Source of the DNA: Thermoplasmata archaeon | GTDB lineage: Archaea > Thermoplasmatota > E2 > JACPAO01 > JAHFTW01 | Length of the DNA: 64,000 nt | Assembly (NCBI GenBank): GCA_034667725.1 | Contig: JAXDQS010000010.1 | Location: 217,937 to 281,936 of the forward strand | Direction of reading: 5' to 3' | Shown: positions 9,321 through 17,793 of the stretch, in pieces | Layout of the letters: every line of letters begins with the position of its first letter | Position numbering within the stretch: the stretch's first letter is position 1 | The notes under the pieces: generated by a model | Told to the model about the DNA's origin: nothing | The model's database searches: none | The model's input: the letters and a program-made list of their open reading frames with translations, nothing else | Made by a program: the position numbers and the translations under genes

Positions 9321-10518
9321 TGGGCACCGCCAGCGCGCCCACCAAGTGGATGCGGCGCACGCCCCACGCGATTGGCAGCAGGCCGACGAGGGCCGCCGCC
9401 ACCAGGATGGCCAGCCCGAGCGGCCCGGCCAGCACGCCGACGAGCGCCACCAGCAACGCGAGGGCGGCGAGCGGCACGCGGCGCGGGTCCCACTGATGGA
9501 CGCGCGCCGCCACCAGGCGGTCGAGCCCGCGCACCGCGGCCCAGCCGAGCACGGCGGCGGCCACGGTCGCGGCCAAGGCGTCGAGCATGGCCGTCGGCGG
9601 GCGGCCCGCCGTCCACGGCTGCGCCTGGCCTTGCGCGACGACGGCGAGCGCGATGCCGGTGCGTGCCTGGCCGGTCGTCCAAAGCAGCCCGAGCGACAGC
9701 GCGTGGTGGGCGGCGCCCACGGCCGCCAGCGCGGCGGCGGAGGCGCGCGCGTCGCCGCGTCCGTAGGCGAGGGTTGCGCCCATGGCTGGGGTGGCGCCCG
9801 GCGTCACCGCGGTCCAGAGGGCGGCCGCGCTGCCGCGCAGCGTCGCGGCCCAGCCGGCCAGGAAGGCGTGCCGGCTCCAGCGGCGCGGCGCCGGCTGCTG
9901 CGGCGGCAGCCGCGCCGCGCGCAGGCTGGCCAGCAGGCCGGCGGCGCCGAACAGGCCGGACAGCAGCGGCAGCAGTGGGCTGGCCGGGATTGGCAGCAGG
10001 CCGGCGGGGCGCAGGCCGAGGCAGGCCCAGCCGAGGGCGGCGCTGGCGGCCAGGACGGCGGCGGCGCGCAGCCGCTGCTGCTCGCGGGCGAGGACCCACG
10101 CGAGGGCGGCAAGGACGGTCCAGGGCGCCGCGGCCGCCGCCACGCCGCGCAGGTTGCCGGGCTCCAGCAGCAGCCACTTCAGCAGCCATCCGAGCGGGAC
10201 CGCGACCAGGGTCGCCGCCAGCGTGGCGTCGGCGGCCGCGCGCACCGCCTCGCGGCCGCGGCCGGCGAGCACGAGGCGGTGGGCCGGCAGCGCGCCCAGG
10301 TCGTCGTCGGGCACGCCGAGGTAGGTGCCGGGCAGCAGGCTCGCGAACGATTGGGTGGCGGCCATCGCGGCGAGGCCCGGGACGAGCGCTTCGTGCGGCG
10401 CGAGCGTGGCGGTCGCGACGGCGGCGAGCGTGTTGGCGTGCAGGCCCGGCAGCAGGCCGAGCAGCCCGGCGGCTGCACCGACGAGGGTGGCGGCCGCCAG
10501 GGTCGCAAGGTCGATCAT
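9289..10518 (-). CDS. Polytopic membrane protein, possibly TctA/DUF112-like transporter
   Basis: ~409 aa with many Gly/Ala-rich TM helices. Start overlaps the upstream stop by ATGA at 10515-10518. The long ORF-track frame 9289..12582 is a run-on through the upstream genes. Confidence 0.45.
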   Translation of the reverse strand: MIDLATLAAATLVGAAAGLLGLLPGLHANTLAAVATATLAPHEALVPGLAAMAATQSFASLLPGTYLGVPDDDLGALPAHRLVLAGRGREAVRAAADATLAATLVAVPLGWLLKWLLLEPGNLRGVAAAAAPWTVLAALAWVLAREQQRLRAAAVLAASAALGWACLGLRPAGLLPIPASPLLPLLSGLFGAAGLLASLRAARLPPQQPAPRRWSRHAFLAGWAATLRGSAAALWTAVTPGATPAMGATLAYGRGDARASAAALAAVGAAHHALSLGLLWTTGQARTGIALAVVAQGQAQPWTAGRPPTAMLDALAATVAAAVLGWAAVRGLDRLVAARVHQWDPRRVPLAALALLVALVGVLAGPLGLAILVAAALVGLLPIAWGVRRIHLVGALAVPIILRTLAPPT

Positions 10519-11057
10519 GGGACGGGCGCGAAGGTGTGGCAGAGGCAGGCGGGCGCGTAGCGCACGAGGCCGGCGCCCCGGAACGGCCCAGCCGGCGCGG
10601 CGCCCGCGAGCCGGATGCGGTGGCCTTCCTGGTCGCGCAGCTGGTCGCCTTGCACGACGCCGGCCAGCACGACGGGCCGGCCGGCCCATGCGTCGGGGTC
10701 GGCGGCGAGGGCGTGCCAGCCGGGCTCGGGCAGGGCCGTGGGCGCGGCGGCGTCGACGTCGAGGGCGTCGGCCCACAGCACCAGGCTGCCGCCGAGGCGG
10801 AGGACCCGGCCCGTCGCCGTGGCCTGCGCGCCCACGGGGACCTCGGCGGCGCGCACGGCCAGCTCGACGCCGTCGCGCGCCAGCCAGACGGTGCCGTCGC
10901 GGGCGCGGACGACCGTGCCCGTCACCTGGATGGCGCCTTGGCCTTCGTAAAGCGCCGCGTCGCGCGGGTGGACCTCCGGCGGCGGGGCGTGGGCTAGCAC
11001 CGAGAGCGTGCCGGCAAGCAGGAGGCCGAGGGCGGGCAGGAGGCGGGGTCCGAGCAC
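10515..11057 (-). CDS. Secreted hypothetical protein
   Basis: 180 aa with N-terminal signal peptide (MLGPRLLPALGLLLAGTLSVLAHA); operon-like with the flanking genes. Confidence 0.45.
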   Translation of the reverse strand: MLGPRLLPALGLLLAGTLSVLAHAPPPEVHPRDAALYEGQGAIQVTGTVVRARDGTVWLARDGVELAVRAAEVPVGAQATATGRVLRLGGSLVLWADALDVDAAAPTALPEPGWHALAADPDAWAGRPVVLAGVVQGDQLRDQEGHRIRLAGAAPAGPFRGAGLVRYAPACLCHTFAPVP

Positions 11058-11108
11058 GGGCGGGCAAGGGGCGCGTGCGGGGTTGGCCGGGAACGGACGG
11101 GCCTTGGC

Positions 11109-12563
11109 TCAGGCGAGGCGGGCCACGACGGCCGGGATGGCCTCGGCCACGTCGGTGGCAAGCGCCCCGTCGCCGCGCAAGGCGGCCGCGATCTCCCCGG
11201 CGGCCCCGAGGAGGTAGGCCGCTGCTGCTGCCGCCTCGAACGGCTTGGAGCCCACCGCGAGAAGCTGGGCGGTGATGCCCGCGAGCACGTCGCCCGTGCC
11301 GCCGACCGTGAGCGTCGGGTGGCCGCGGCGGCAGAAGCGGGCGCGGGCGCCGTCGGTGACCAGGTTGGCATGGCCCTTCCCGAGGACGCCCTTGCACATC
11401 ACCACGACGCCGTGGCGGCGGGCGTAGGCTTGCACGTTCGCTGGTGTCGCCTCCCTCCCGGAAAGGTCCAGGAACTCGCGGGCGTGGGGGGTCAGCACCA
11501 TGCGCCGGCCGTGGCTGCGGAACAAGGCGGGCGAGAGGGCGTCGAGGCCGTCGGCGTCCACCACGGTCGGCTTGCGGGCCTGGGCGGCGGTGGCGAGCGC
11601 GCCGTGGGCGAGCGCGATGCTCTCCGGGTCGTGGCCGAGGCCGGGGCCCAGCAGCAGGGCGGTGGACTTCGGGAGCAGGCGGCGCAGCGGCTGGAGCGCG
11701 GTCGGCGTGAGGTGGCGGCCCGGGTTGCCGTCGTGGACGATGGCGTGCGGGCCCCAGTTGCGCATCACGGCGGCGGCGTCGGCGGGGGCCACGCAGTGGA
11801 CGAGGTCCGCCCCGGTGCGGTAGGCCGCCATCGCACTGTAGTAGGGCGCCCCCACCAACGGGAGCGAGCCGCCCACCACCAGCACGACGCCGTTGTCGCC
11901 CTTGTGCGAGTCGGCGCGGCGCGCGATCCAGCCTTCGTGCAGGTCGCCGACCCCGACGTCCGCGGCGGCCGGCGGGACGCCGATGTCCGCCACCACGATG
12001 CGCCCGGCGTTCGCGGCCGCCATGCCCTCCTTCGGGGCGTGGAACGTCACGGTCGCGTCCGGCCGGACCGCCATCGCGGTGCCCAGCCCGCTCGGCAGGT
12101 CGCAGGCGACCCGGACCGCGTCCTTGCGCGCCTTGAGCCAGCGCAGCATCGACGCGTACGGCCCGCGCGGCACGCCCTTCAGGCCGGAGCCCAGGAGGCA
12201 ATCGACGACCGTCGGCGCCGCGGCCCACGCCGGGTCCGGCTTGCCGGCCCAGGTCACGACCGTGTCCTCCTGCAGGTGCCCGAGGTAGCCGGCGCCCGGC
12301 CCCTGGAACGCGGCGCGCGGCTCGGCCAGCACGGCCCAGGCGCGGCGCCCTTGGCGTTGCAGCAGCGCCGCGGCGGCCAGGCCGTCGCCGCCGTTGTTGC
12401 CCTTGCCGCACAACAGCACGATGTCGCCGGGCGGCGCGATGCGCAGCACCTCGGCCGCCAGCGCCTTGCCGGCCCGCGCCATCAGGTCGGCAACAGGGAC
12501 GCCAAGCTCCGCCGCGTTGCGGTCCAGGCGCCGCGCCTCTGCCCACGGGATGGCCTTCGGCAC
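11109..12563 (-). CDS. nnr: Bifunctional NAD(P)H-hydrate repair enzyme (epimerase plus ADP-dependent dehydratase)
   Basis: 484 aa. N-terminal YjeF-N domain (LLCGKGNNGGDG) and C-terminal carbohydrate-kinase-like domain (GKGHANLV...GGTGDVLAG). Confidence 0.8.
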   Translation of the reverse strand: MPKAIPWAEARRLDRNAAELGVPVADLMARAGKALAAEVLRIAPPGDIVLLCGKGNNGGDGLAAAALLQRQGRRAWAVLAEPRAAFQGPGAGYLGHLQEDTVVTWAGKPDPAWAAAPTVVDCLLGSGLKGVPRGPYASMLRWLKARKDAVRVACDLPSGLGTAMAVRPDATVTFHAPKEGMAAANAGRIVVADIGVPPAAADVGVGDLHEGWIARRADSHKGDNGVVLVVGGSLPLVGAPYYSAMAAYRTGADLVHCVAPADAAAVMRNWGPHAIVHDGNPGRHLTPTALQPLRRLLPKSTALLLGPGLGHDPESIALAHGALATAAQARKPTVVDADGLDALSPALFRSHGRRMVLTPHAREFLDLSGREATPANVQAYARRHGVVVMCKGVLGKGHANLVTDGARARFCRRGHPTLTVGGTGDVLAGITAQLLAVGSKPFEAAAAAAYLLGAAGEIAAALRGDGALATDVAEAIPAVVARLA

Positions 12564-12608
12564 CCAGCCTGCAAAGGGTCAAGCGCCATTCAAGCTTCGC
12601 CCTGGCCG

Positions 12609-13004
12609 ATGATGCCTGGAATGGGCGACACCCGCCAGATGGCCGCCATGATGAAGCGCATGGGCATCGAGATGCGCGACGTCGAGCAGGTCGAGGAGGT
12701 CGTGGTGCGCACCGCCACCAAGGAGTACCGCTTCAAGCGGCCCGAGGTGTCGATCATGAAGGCCCAAGGCCAGGAGACCTGGCAGATTCAGGGCAAGGCC
12801 GTCGCGTCCGACCGGGCCGGCGCCGCCGTGCCCCCGCCCGCCGTGCCTTCCGTGTCCTCCGCTCCTGCCGCGCCTTACGCCCCCTCGCCCGACGACGTCA
12901 AGGTCGTCATGGAGGCAGCCAAGGTCCCCGAGGCGAAGGCCTGCGAGGCGCTCCTGGCCACCGGCGGCGACCTGGCCGAGGCCATCCTGCGGCTGTCCGC
13001 CTAG
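12609..13004 (+). CDS. nac: Nascent polypeptide-associated complex protein (archaeal NAC alpha) with C-terminal UBA-like domain
   Basis: MMPGMGDTRQMAAMMKRMGIEMRDVEQVEEVV... matches the archaeal NAC N-terminus; C-terminal tail has the UBA-like AKACEALLATGGDLAEAILRL. Confidence 0.8.
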   Translation: MMPGMGDTRQMAAMMKRMGIEMRDVEQVEEVVVRTATKEYRFKRPEVSIMKAQGQETWQIQGKAVASDRAGAAVPPPAVPSVSSAPAAPYAPSPDDVKVVMEAAKVPEAKACEALLATGGDLAEAILRLSA

Positions 13005-13008
13005 AGAC

Positions 13009-13223
13009 GATTTCAAAATTCCAAGTGGCCTGCGCGCGCCGGTTTGCAAGGAGTGCAAGGAAGGCCGCAATCCGCCGCAAAGCGGCGCGCCCTTCGGGGC
13101 GGTTTGCCGCCCCCCAATACGGCGTCAGGGGGTCCTTGGCGGGCCTCCAGCCCGCCGGCGGACCCCCTTCCTTGGACTGCGATGGCCGGAAACCGCCGCA
13201 GGCCTTCTTGGAATTTTGAAATC
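13009..13223. repeat. ~215-bp imperfect palindromic element with AT-rich 17-bp terminal inverted repeats (MITE-like or structured RNA)
   Basis: GATTTCAAAATTCCAAG at 13009-13025 is the exact reverse complement of CTTGGAATTTTGAAATC at 13207-13223. Further arm pairing GGCCTGCG/CGCAGGCC, CGGTTT/AAACCG, CAAGGAAGG/CCTTCCTTG; internal hairpins GCCGCaaaGCGGC and CGCCCttcgGGGCG. Confidence 0.5.
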
Positions 13224-13228
13224 ATCTC

Positions 13229-14752
13229 TTAGGCCGTTTCGGCCTGGTCCGCCGCCAGCTGCCGGTCCCGGCTGCGCTGCACGAAGAACATCGGCACGCC
13301 GGCCAGGATCAGGCCGGACGCGATCAGCGCCTGCGCGAGGAACTTGAAGTAGATGATGCCGACCACGAACGCCGAGGCCGCCATGAACAGCAGCGGCACG
13401 AACGGGTAGAGCGGCGTCTTGAACGGGCGCTCGACGTCGGCGTGGGTGCCCTTGATCCCCAGCCATGGGACGCCGCGCATCCGGACGTGGGCCCACGAGG
13501 TCGGCACGTAGAACAGGAAGATGGCGAACACCACCATGATGACGAGCTGCTCGTAGCCGCCGGTCATCACGAGCAGGCTGGCCCAGATGGCGGTGAAGTA
13601 GATGGCCCACCCCGGGACCGAGTGCTTGTTGAGCGTGCCCATCGAGCCTAGCAGGCTGCCGTCGCGGCTGAAGGCGTAGAACACGCGGGGCCCCGTCAGC
13701 AGGAAGCCGTTGACCGTGCCGAACACCGACACGAGGGCGACGGCGCTGATGAAGTCGTAGCCGCCGATCCCCAGCACGGCGCCTGCCGCCTCGGGGGCGA
13801 TGCGCTGGTTGGCGACCCCAAGCTCGACCGCCCGGTCGATGGGGATGACGTGGAAGTAGCTCGACGCCAGCGCGATGTAGATGGCGCTCGTGATGAGCGG
13901 GCCGACGATGAGTGCCACGGGCAGGTTGCGCCGGGCGTTGCGGACCTCGGAGGCGACGTAGGTGGCCTGCGGCCAGCCGTCGAACGCGAACAGCGACAAC
14001 GCAAGGGCGCCGCCGAACGCGGCCACGAGGGCGCCGCCGCCCATGCCCTCCGGCGCGAAGCCGCCGCCTTGGGCCTGGTAGGCCTGCGGGTGGGCGGTGC
14101 CGAACACGAACACGATGACGACCAGGCTGGCCAGGCCCAGCACCTTGGCGATGGTGCTGACGTTCTGGATGCGGCCGGCGATGGCGGCGCCGCGCGAGTT
14201 GATGAACGCCAACAGCAGGATGACGGCGATGGCCAAGAACGCAGGCCCGTAGGCGGGGATCGTGATGGGGTCGATGTGGACCAGCTTGCGGGTGCAGGCG
14301 CCGGCGAGGCTCTCCTCGACGCAGGGGCCGGTGTCCACGAGGCTCGTGAGGGCGAACTTCGTGCCCGGCATCGTGCCGCCCATACGCTCGACGAAGTAGG
14401 TGGCGAACCGGCTGAACGCCACCGCGACGCCGGCGATGATGCCGCTCTGGATGACCCAGAACTGCGACCACCCGAACAGGTAGGCGCTGAACCGGCCGAT
14501 GCCCTCCTTGAGGAAGTGGTACTGGCCGCCGGCGCGCGGGAACATGCTCGACAGCTCCGCGAACGTCAAGGCACCCAGCACCGTCAGCACCGCGCCGGCC
14601 ACCATCACCAAGAGGATGAGGCCCGGGCTCGGCAGCACCTCCGCCATGTCCGCGGGCAGCAGCAGGATGCCGGAGCCGATCATCGAGCCGACGATGATCG
14701 TGATGGCCTCGAACAGCCGCAGGTTCTGCTTGAACTTGATAGGCCCGCCCAT
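13229..14752 (-). CDS. Amino acid permease (APC superfamily transporter)
   Basis: 507 aa, ~12 TM segments, typical APC N-terminal region (ITIIVGSMIGSGILLLP...FAELSSMFPRAGGQYHFL). Confidence 0.75.
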   Translation of the reverse strand: MGGPIKFKQNLRLFEAITIIVGSMIGSGILLLPADMAEVLPSPGLILLVMVAGAVLTVLGALTFAELSSMFPRAGGQYHFLKEGIGRFSAYLFGWSQFWVIQSGIIAGVAVAFSRFATYFVERMGGTMPGTKFALTSLVDTGPCVEESLAGACTRKLVHIDPITIPAYGPAFLAIAVILLLAFINSRGAAIAGRIQNVSTIAKVLGLASLVVIVFVFGTAHPQAYQAQGGGFAPEGMGGGALVAAFGGALALSLFAFDGWPQATYVASEVRNARRNLPVALIVGPLITSAIYIALASSYFHVIPIDRAVELGVANQRIAPEAAGAVLGIGGYDFISAVALVSVFGTVNGFLLTGPRVFYAFSRDGSLLGSMGTLNKHSVPGWAIYFTAIWASLLVMTGGYEQLVIMVVFAIFLFYVPTSWAHVRMRGVPWLGIKGTHADVERPFKTPLYPFVPLLFMAASAFVVGIIYFKFLAQALIASGLILAGVPMFFVQRSRDRQLAADQAETA

Positions 14753-14776
14753 GGACGCGGCGCCACCGCCAGGCTT

Positions 14777-14785
14777 GCATAAAGG
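14777..14785 (-). promoter_or_regulatory. TATA-like box for the permease gene (leaderless spacing)
   Basis: Minus-strand CCTTTATGC centred ~29 nt upstream of the ATG at 14752. Confidence 0.3.
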
Positions 14786-14852
14786 CTGGCTGAACTTGCA
14801 CGTTCACTTGGGCCTGGCCAGGGCCTAAGGGCTGCACCAAAGGTGCGAGCGC

Positions 14853-15152
14853 ATGGCCGATCCACGGCTCGACCCTGCCATCTTGGAGTTCCTGAACCTT
14901 CCAAGCAACCGAGGGCGTTGGCACTACACCCGCGACATCGCCCAGCAACTGTTTGGCACGGACTGGGCATCTCCGGAGGAGATCGTGCGGGTCCGGGCAG
15001 CCCTGAAACGCCTGGAACGGGATGAGAAGGTGGCCGGGTTCGGCTACTTCCGCGAATGGCGGTCCACCCAGCATCCTGAGGCCGAAGCCCCCGAGGCGGT
15101 TCGGGCGGTCCTTGCCATCATGCGCGAGCAGAGGACAACCCGGCCTTCGTAG
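14853..15152 (+). CDS. Hypothetical small protein
   Basis: 99-aa ORF; no family recognised. Confidence 0.35.
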   Translation: MADPRLDPAILEFLNLPSNRGRWHYTRDIAQQLFGTDWASPEEIVRVRAALKRLERDEKVAGFGYFREWRSTQHPEAEAPEAVRAVLAIMREQRTTRPS

Positions 15153-15192
15153 CTGCGAAACCCTCCTGAAGGGGTGCCTCCTCGCCGCTTCC

Positions 15193-16002
15193 ATGGACCG
15201 CGGCCGCCTTCTCTGGGAGTACCGCCCGCCGCGCGCCCATCCCATCCTCTACGCCGGCCTGCTGGTGTTCAGCTTCGTGTTCGCCACCGGCTCGCTGGAG
15301 AACCTTGCCCGCGACAACGTGCCGCGCCTGTACGCGGTCTACGCCGCCCCCGTCGCCGCCGTCCTCGTCCTCATGGCCGCCCTCTGGCCGACCCCCGTGC
15401 GCATCCACGAGAACGGTGTCGCCCCCAGCCGCGCCCTGGTGCTGCGGTGGTGGCGCCCGTTCGTCCCGTGGCCCCAGGTCGCCGCCTGCTACGCTGTCTC
15501 CTACGACGTGACCGGCGCCTTCGTGTCGCCGTTCGCCTCCTCCGACGGCAAGGTCACCCAGACCGGCATCGGGCTGGAGCTGCACGGCGGCGCCCTCGAG
15601 ACGCTGCGCTTCACGCCCACCCGCTTCGCCCTCACGAGCCGCCGCAGCCGCGGCTACCGCGAGGCCATCGAGGTGGTGCGCGAGCGCTTCGCCCTGCTTG
15701 GCCGCCCGCTCGTGGCCCAGGCCGAGCGGCTCGCCCCGGCCGACCGCGAGACCCTGCTGGCCGAGGCGCGCAAGCCGTTCCTGCCGTTCTTCGCCATCGT
15801 GTTCCTGTTCGCGAGCGCCGCGCCCGTGGTGTGGCTCCTGATGGAGACGCTGCGCTGGGAGCCGCCGGGCGCCATCGCCGCCGCCCTGCTGCTGCCACTT
15901 GGCACCAGCCTCCGGAGCTACCTGCAGAGCCGGCGCCGCAACGCCATCCTCAACCGCCTCAGCAAGGCCGCCGAGTTCGAGCGCCGCACGGGGCCGGCAT
16001 GA
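15193..16002 (+). CDS. Hypothetical membrane protein
   Basis: Internal ATG followed by several hydrophobic helices; stop overlaps the next start (ATGA at 15999-16002). Confidence 0.4.
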   Translation: MDRGRLLWEYRPPRAHPILYAGLLVFSFVFATGSLENLARDNVPRLYAVYAAPVAAVLVLMAALWPTPVRIHENGVAPSRALVLRWWRPFVPWPQVAACYAVSYDVTGAFVSPFASSDGKVTQTGIGLELHGGALETLRFTPTRFALTSRRSRGYREAIEVVRERFALLGRPLVAQAERLAPADRETLLAEARKPFLPFFAIVFLFASAAPVVWLLMETLRWEPPGAIAAALLLPLGTSLRSYLQSRRRNAILNRLSKAAEFERRTGPA

Positions 16003-16346
16003 GCAAGGTGTCGATGCCGCGGCCGCGCTACCTCGCCTTCGAGGTGGCGGCGGGCGCCCCCGTCCCGCGCAAGGCCTTCGCCAGCGCCCTGCGCGCCGCG
16101 GCGCGCGCGGGCGGCTGGGCCGAATCCGACGCGCCGCAGCTCACGCGCTACGCCTGGCCGCACGGCGTCGTGCGCGTCGAGCACCTGCACGCGGCGCGGG
16201 CGCGCGGCCTGCTGGCGGGCATCACGTGGGCGCAGGACGGGGCGGGGCCGCGCGCCGAGGTGCGGGTGCGGACGTTGGCGACGTCGGGGACCCTCAAGGC
16301 GCTCGCGGCGCGCACGGGCGTGCTGGGAAGCCGGGACGCCTCCTGA
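15999..16346 (+). CDS. RNase P protein component Pop5-like
   Basis: ~115 aa. RPRYLAFEV near the N-terminus, VVRVEH in the middle and a C-terminal TLATSGTLKAL fit the archaeal Pop5 pattern as I recall it (RYIAFEI ... HTLGVSGTIK). Confidence 0.55.
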   Translation: MSKVSMPRPRYLAFEVAAGAPVPRKAFASALRAAARAGGWAESDAPQLTRYAWPHGVVRVEHLHAARARGLLAGITWAQDGAGPRAEVRVRTLATSGTLKALAARTGVLGSRDAS

Positions 16347-16356
16347 GCCCGGCCGG

Positions 16357-17721
16357 TCAGGCCTTCCGCTTCGCCGCCGGCTTGGCGGGCACGACCATCT
16401 CCGACTCCTTCTCGAACCGGTCCTGCGCCCGCTCCTGCCGCCACACCACCAGCCCCGAGGCCGCCACCGTCAGCAGCACCAAGAGCAGGCTGAGATTGGT
16501 GAAGGCGGCCTCCCACGGGCTGAACAGGTCGTGGAAGGCGCTGCCGGGGACGTACGCGGGCGCCACGAACGGCAGGGTCGCAAGCACGGCGGTGTCGAGG
16601 CCGCGGCCGAACACGCCGAACAGGTCGGCCTGGGCGGGGTCGCGGATGGAGGCGAGGCGGACGCTGAGGTAGCGGGCGGCGACGATGACGGCGAGGAACA
16701 GGAACGCCGCCGCCAGGAACAGGGCGCCGGGGCTGAGGCCTTGGAAGAACGCGACGGGGGTGGCGGGCCAGAGGCCGCCCTCGAAGGTGAAGCTGGCGCC
16801 CAGGAACAGGAAGAACATCGTGCGCACCAGGAACGTGATCTCGTCGTGGAACGCGACCACCTTGCCGTGCTCGTGGTCGTCCTCGCGCACGCGGGCGAAG
16901 CGGCGCAGGATGGCGGTGCGGTTGCCGACCAGGATGCCGAACAGCAGGATGCTCAAGGCGCCGGAGCCGCCCAGGAGCTCGGAGGCGCCGTAGACGCCGA
17001 TCATGGTGGCGAACGTGAGCATGTAGGAGTGCGGGTGGCCGCTCAGGGTCCGGAGCGCGAACAGCCACGGGATGCCCGCCGCCAGGCCGACGGCGAGCGA
17101 CACGGACAAGAGGACGGCGAACTGGCGGACGAACAGCGCGGGCGTCCCGGTGCCGTCGGCGAACGCCAACAGCGACACGATGAGCGGGATGCACACCAGG
17201 TCGTACACCGCCATCTCGATGGTGTAGATGGCGCGTTGGCGGTCGGGGATGCGCAGGTCCCGGAGAACGCCGCTGGAGACCACCTGGTCGACGTTGGTCA
17301 GGGCGACCGCGAGGATGGCGGCGACCAGGGGCGGCATCCCCAACAGCAGGACGCCGACGCCGGCGATGCCGAGGGCGGTCAGGAAGAAGATCGGGAGGGT
17401 GTGCAGCAGCGCCGGGCGCAGGCCTTTGCGGAACGGCCCGAAGTCGAGCTGCAACCCGGCGTCGAACACCAGCACGACCAAGGCGATGCCGGCGAGCACC
17501 GGCGTGGCGGCGCGCAGGATGGCCGGGTCCAGGGCGGCGGCAAGCTGGTCGGAGCCCCAGCCGCGGCCCGCCAGCACGCGGTTGACCGGGCCCAACATCA
17601 GCCCGAGGCCCAAGAGCAGCAGGACGTCGGGGACGCGGGTGCGCTGGAAGATGCGGCCCGCCACGAAGCCGGCGAACGTCAGCAACGCGATGGCGAGGAA
17701 CCCGGCCGCCACGTCCGCCAT
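16357..17721 (-). CDS. Cation:proton antiporter (Na+/H+ exchanger family)
   Basis: 454 aa, ~12 TM helices, CPA1-like composition; C-terminal cytoplasmic tail. Confidence 0.7.
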   Translation of the reverse strand: MADVAAGFLAIALLTFAGFVAGRIFQRTRVPDVLLLLGLGLMLGPVNRVLAGRGWGSDQLAAALDPAILRAATPVLAGIALVVLVFDAGLQLDFGPFRKGLRPALLHTLPIFFLTALGIAGVGVLLLGMPPLVAAILAVALTNVDQVVSSGVLRDLRIPDRQRAIYTIEMAVYDLVCIPLIVSLLAFADGTGTPALFVRQFAVLLSVSLAVGLAAGIPWLFALRTLSGHPHSYMLTFATMIGVYGASELLGGSGALSILLFGILVGNRTAILRRFARVREDDHEHGKVVAFHDEITFLVRTMFFLFLGASFTFEGGLWPATPVAFFQGLSPGALFLAAAFLFLAVIVAARYLSVRLASIRDPAQADLFGVFGRGLDTAVLATLPFVAPAYVPGSAFHDLFSPWEAAFTNLSLLLVLLTVAASGLVVWRQERAQDRFEKESEMVVPAKPAAKRKA

Positions 17722-17744
17722 CGCGGGACGACAGCCGGATGGCC

Positions 17745-17750
17745 ATTATA
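17745..17750 (-). promoter_or_regulatory. TATA-like element in the divergent intergenic region
   Basis: attata/tataat lies 27 nt from the antiporter start (17721) and ~46 nt from the plus-strand start (17794). Confidence 0.3.
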
Positions 17751-17793
17751 GCCCCGCCACAACGCTTACAGGCGCCCGGCCTGCGTCCCGGCC

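Noticed and set aside
9289-12582. 1097-aa minus-strand ORF spanning three genes
   Set aside because: Only the 3' ~1.2 kb (9289..10518) translates to a plausible membrane protein. Upstream the frame is Arg/Gly/Pro-rich nonsense overlapping the well-supported nnr gene and the secreted protein gene in other frames.
13009-13223. SRP (7S) RNA identity for the palindromic element
   Set aside because: Although rod-like, it lacks the helix-8 signature I would expect (GNRA tetraloop followed by the conserved AGCAGCC-like strand) and is shorter than archaeal SRP RNA. Kept as an unclassified structured element.
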